64,000 bases of DNA, taken from contig MU053934.1 in NCBI GenBank assembly GCA_013239625.1, positions 10,313,352 to 10,377,351 of the forward strand. The letters are read 5' to 3'. Every line of letters begins with the position of its first letter. Positions within the stretch are counted from its first letter, which is position 1. The DNA comes from Lama guanicoe (taxonomy: Eukaryota). Below the pieces are notes generated by a model. It made no database searches. It was not told the origin of the DNA and worked only from the letters and a program-made list of their open reading frames with translations. The translations under genes were made by a program, and so were the position numbers. Shown one piece after another: positions 61,792 through 64,000 of the stretch.

Positions 61792-64000
61792 GTTTACTCA
61801 GTCATGGAAGGTTTTCCAGGCGTGCTCCGGCCAGGGCTGGAGCTGCGGACCAGGCCCTCCTCTCAGTGATGGGTACCAGCGTCCATTATATTCCAAATGT
61901 GAATTAAATTCAAAAAGTATTTCTCTTTTTGCCCTGGCTGCCGGTAAGCTCAGAGCTAGATTTTGACCACCTGTAAGTTCCTTTTTTTTTTTTTGCAATT
62001 TTTATTTCTTTGTTCATCTACTAATTTTGATATTTTAAAATAGCCTAAATGAAGGTGGTTCTTTGCGATGCTCAGCCCCAAGCCCTTCTCAGAAGTCCTG
62101 GATTATACACGCCCTGGATCCTTCTTACAGAGAAACAAGTAAATTACAAGCAGTTATTCACATTCTGCTTGTTTATGGACATGGAGGGACACGCGGAGGG
62201 CCGTTGTCTGGGTGAGACGGAGCCCTGTGGATGGAGGGGGATTGTGGCCCCACGCACAGCGCCAGCCCTGCCTTCATTTTTATTCACCTCTAAATCAACA
62301 CGAGAACTATCTGAAGTACCAGGAGGAAAGAAAGACTTAAAAAGACGAAGTGTATTACAGGAGAGCAATGACTTCTTGGGCCACTTGTCACTTCGAGTGG
62401 AATACGTTAACAAAGCGCGGTAATAAGACGGGCTACTAAAACATGATTTATTGATACTTGAGACCTGCTCAAACAGGTTAATGTCAATACAATTAGCTCC
62501 TGGATGGAGGCAGTCCCCGTCGAGGGAAAGTTGGTAAAACAGCATTAACCGCCACTGCATCAAAGACAGGGGAGGGGCTGCGAGGACCTGAACCACCAGG
62601 GAGGGAAGAGAAAGGTTCTTTCACCCCCTCGGCTCCGTGGCCCCCCCGGACCTCACCCTGAGGACCCCACAGGCTGAGTCGGGCGGCTCTAAGAAATGGT
62701 TAATTTATCTGGATGGCACGTGGCTCTGCTATTTCATGGCTGGATGACTTCTGAGCACCTTGGGAGAGTGTCAAGCAATTGTTTTGCTGGGAAAATGGGT
62801 GGGGAAGAGAGGTGAGCCACCAGGAGCCCTCAGCAAGGCGCAGAGCTCAGGAGGCCGGCCCTGGAGGGAGCCTGGTCTCCCCTCGGTCCGGGGTGCAGCT
62901 GTGGGCTCTGGGCAGGGCCTGCGCCGGCCTGGCATGGGGGCCACCCGGCACCTGCTGAGCCCTGGTGCCCACCTCTGCCCCAAGGGGCCACTCTTTTGGG
63001 GAGCTGGACGCAGGCTGGTTGGCCTTCCTGTCCCCTGGCTGGTTGTCAGGGTCTCTCTGTCCCTGCGAGAGCTGGACAGCCGTGGTGTCACTGTCCCCAT
63101 CCGCAAAGAGGTGTTGGAAAGGGCTGGCTGCTCTCCTGGGGGAAGAGTGCACGGGATGAGAACGCAAATGGGGAGTGTGGTGACATTTCCATCTCCTGCC
63201 CCCATCCCTCTGCTCCCCAGGGGCAGCTGCTCCCACCGGGTTTTGGTTTATCTTCTGGAGTGGCCCCGCCCCGGGACGAGAGATCGGCTCTGCACCTGTC
63301 TGCTACTGTTCACCGCGTGCACACAGCATCCGGGGTCATGGGACAGGCGCCACCGCGCCCAGACCCTGGTGACTTTCCAAATCAGAGGCTGAGCGCGTGC
63401 TCCCATGGGGACCTGTCCTTCCTGGGGCACCTCTTGGAGCTGCTGCTCAGATGGGAGGCTTGTCCCTTCTGCTGGCTTGTCCTTGGCCCAAGGGAGTCAC
63501 GCGGTCAGGTCCCTTGTCATTGGGTGGGGGTGTGGCCTCTCTCCTGGAAGATTTTTGAATTGTAAGCACCAGGCTGGGGTGGGGGGAATCCTCTCAGGGA
63601 AGAGGGAGTTAATAATTAAAGACCAGAGAACATTCTAGGACAACAGTGTGCCTAGGAGATCTTCCAGATCAGCACAGAATTGCAACTCATTTTTCTGGGA
63701 CTGCTGGTATCCGTTACATGTATATAGAATGGTTTATTCTGTCTTTTTATTCTTTAAGGCATTTTGAAGTCCCAGCAGCCTGACCCCAGAGCCACACCCC
63801 TACCCACTGTGCTACCCAGCCTCCCGGAACCCCCGTTACCTTCTGAATGGGGTGCACACTCTGCAATCTAGAGATTTAATGCTTCAAAAAACCCAGCGAC
63901 TCCAGGATCTAATTTTGCCAAGCCTCTGAATCAAGGTGTCTCAGCTTCTCGGAGCCTCTGTTCTGAAAAGGTTTTTTTATTTTGTTTTGTTTTGTTTTTT

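Overview
Mammalian, non-coding genomic DNA, most likely from a camelid (alpaca/llama/camel). This rests on recalled similarity of the short tRNA-derived SINEs (e.g. 61473-61560) and of the young L1 3' ends to camelid repeats; no database search was run. The window is GC-rich overall, with AT-rich blocks at about 13-21.6 kb, 28.8-31.2 kb and 53-54.5 kb that are old L1 and DNA-transposon debris. I find no protein-coding gene, RNA gene, CRISPR array or prokaryote-type system. The ORF track is almost entirely spurious GC-rich ORFs; the only real protein signals are dead transposon remnants (L1 ORF2, a Charlie1-type hAT transposase N-terminus, and a hAT dimerisation domain not in the ORF track). 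Most notable: (1) patchy, strong A/T->G/C drift in some repeat copies next to undrifted sister copies, consistent with GC-biased gene conversion that appears to be building CpG islands from old repeats; (2) a multi-layer nested transposon stack with readable target-site duplications; (3) a higher-order 54-bp minisatellite born inside an LTR that forms a homotypic KLF/SP-motif array; (4) several non-repeat AT-rich islands rich in homeobox/SOX/TCF motifs that look like developmental enhancers; (5) one well-formed candidate non-coding exon. I cannot support a claim of a new biological system. Repeat family names are from recalled consensus sequences, and boundaries are approximate unless a TSD or TIR is quoted.
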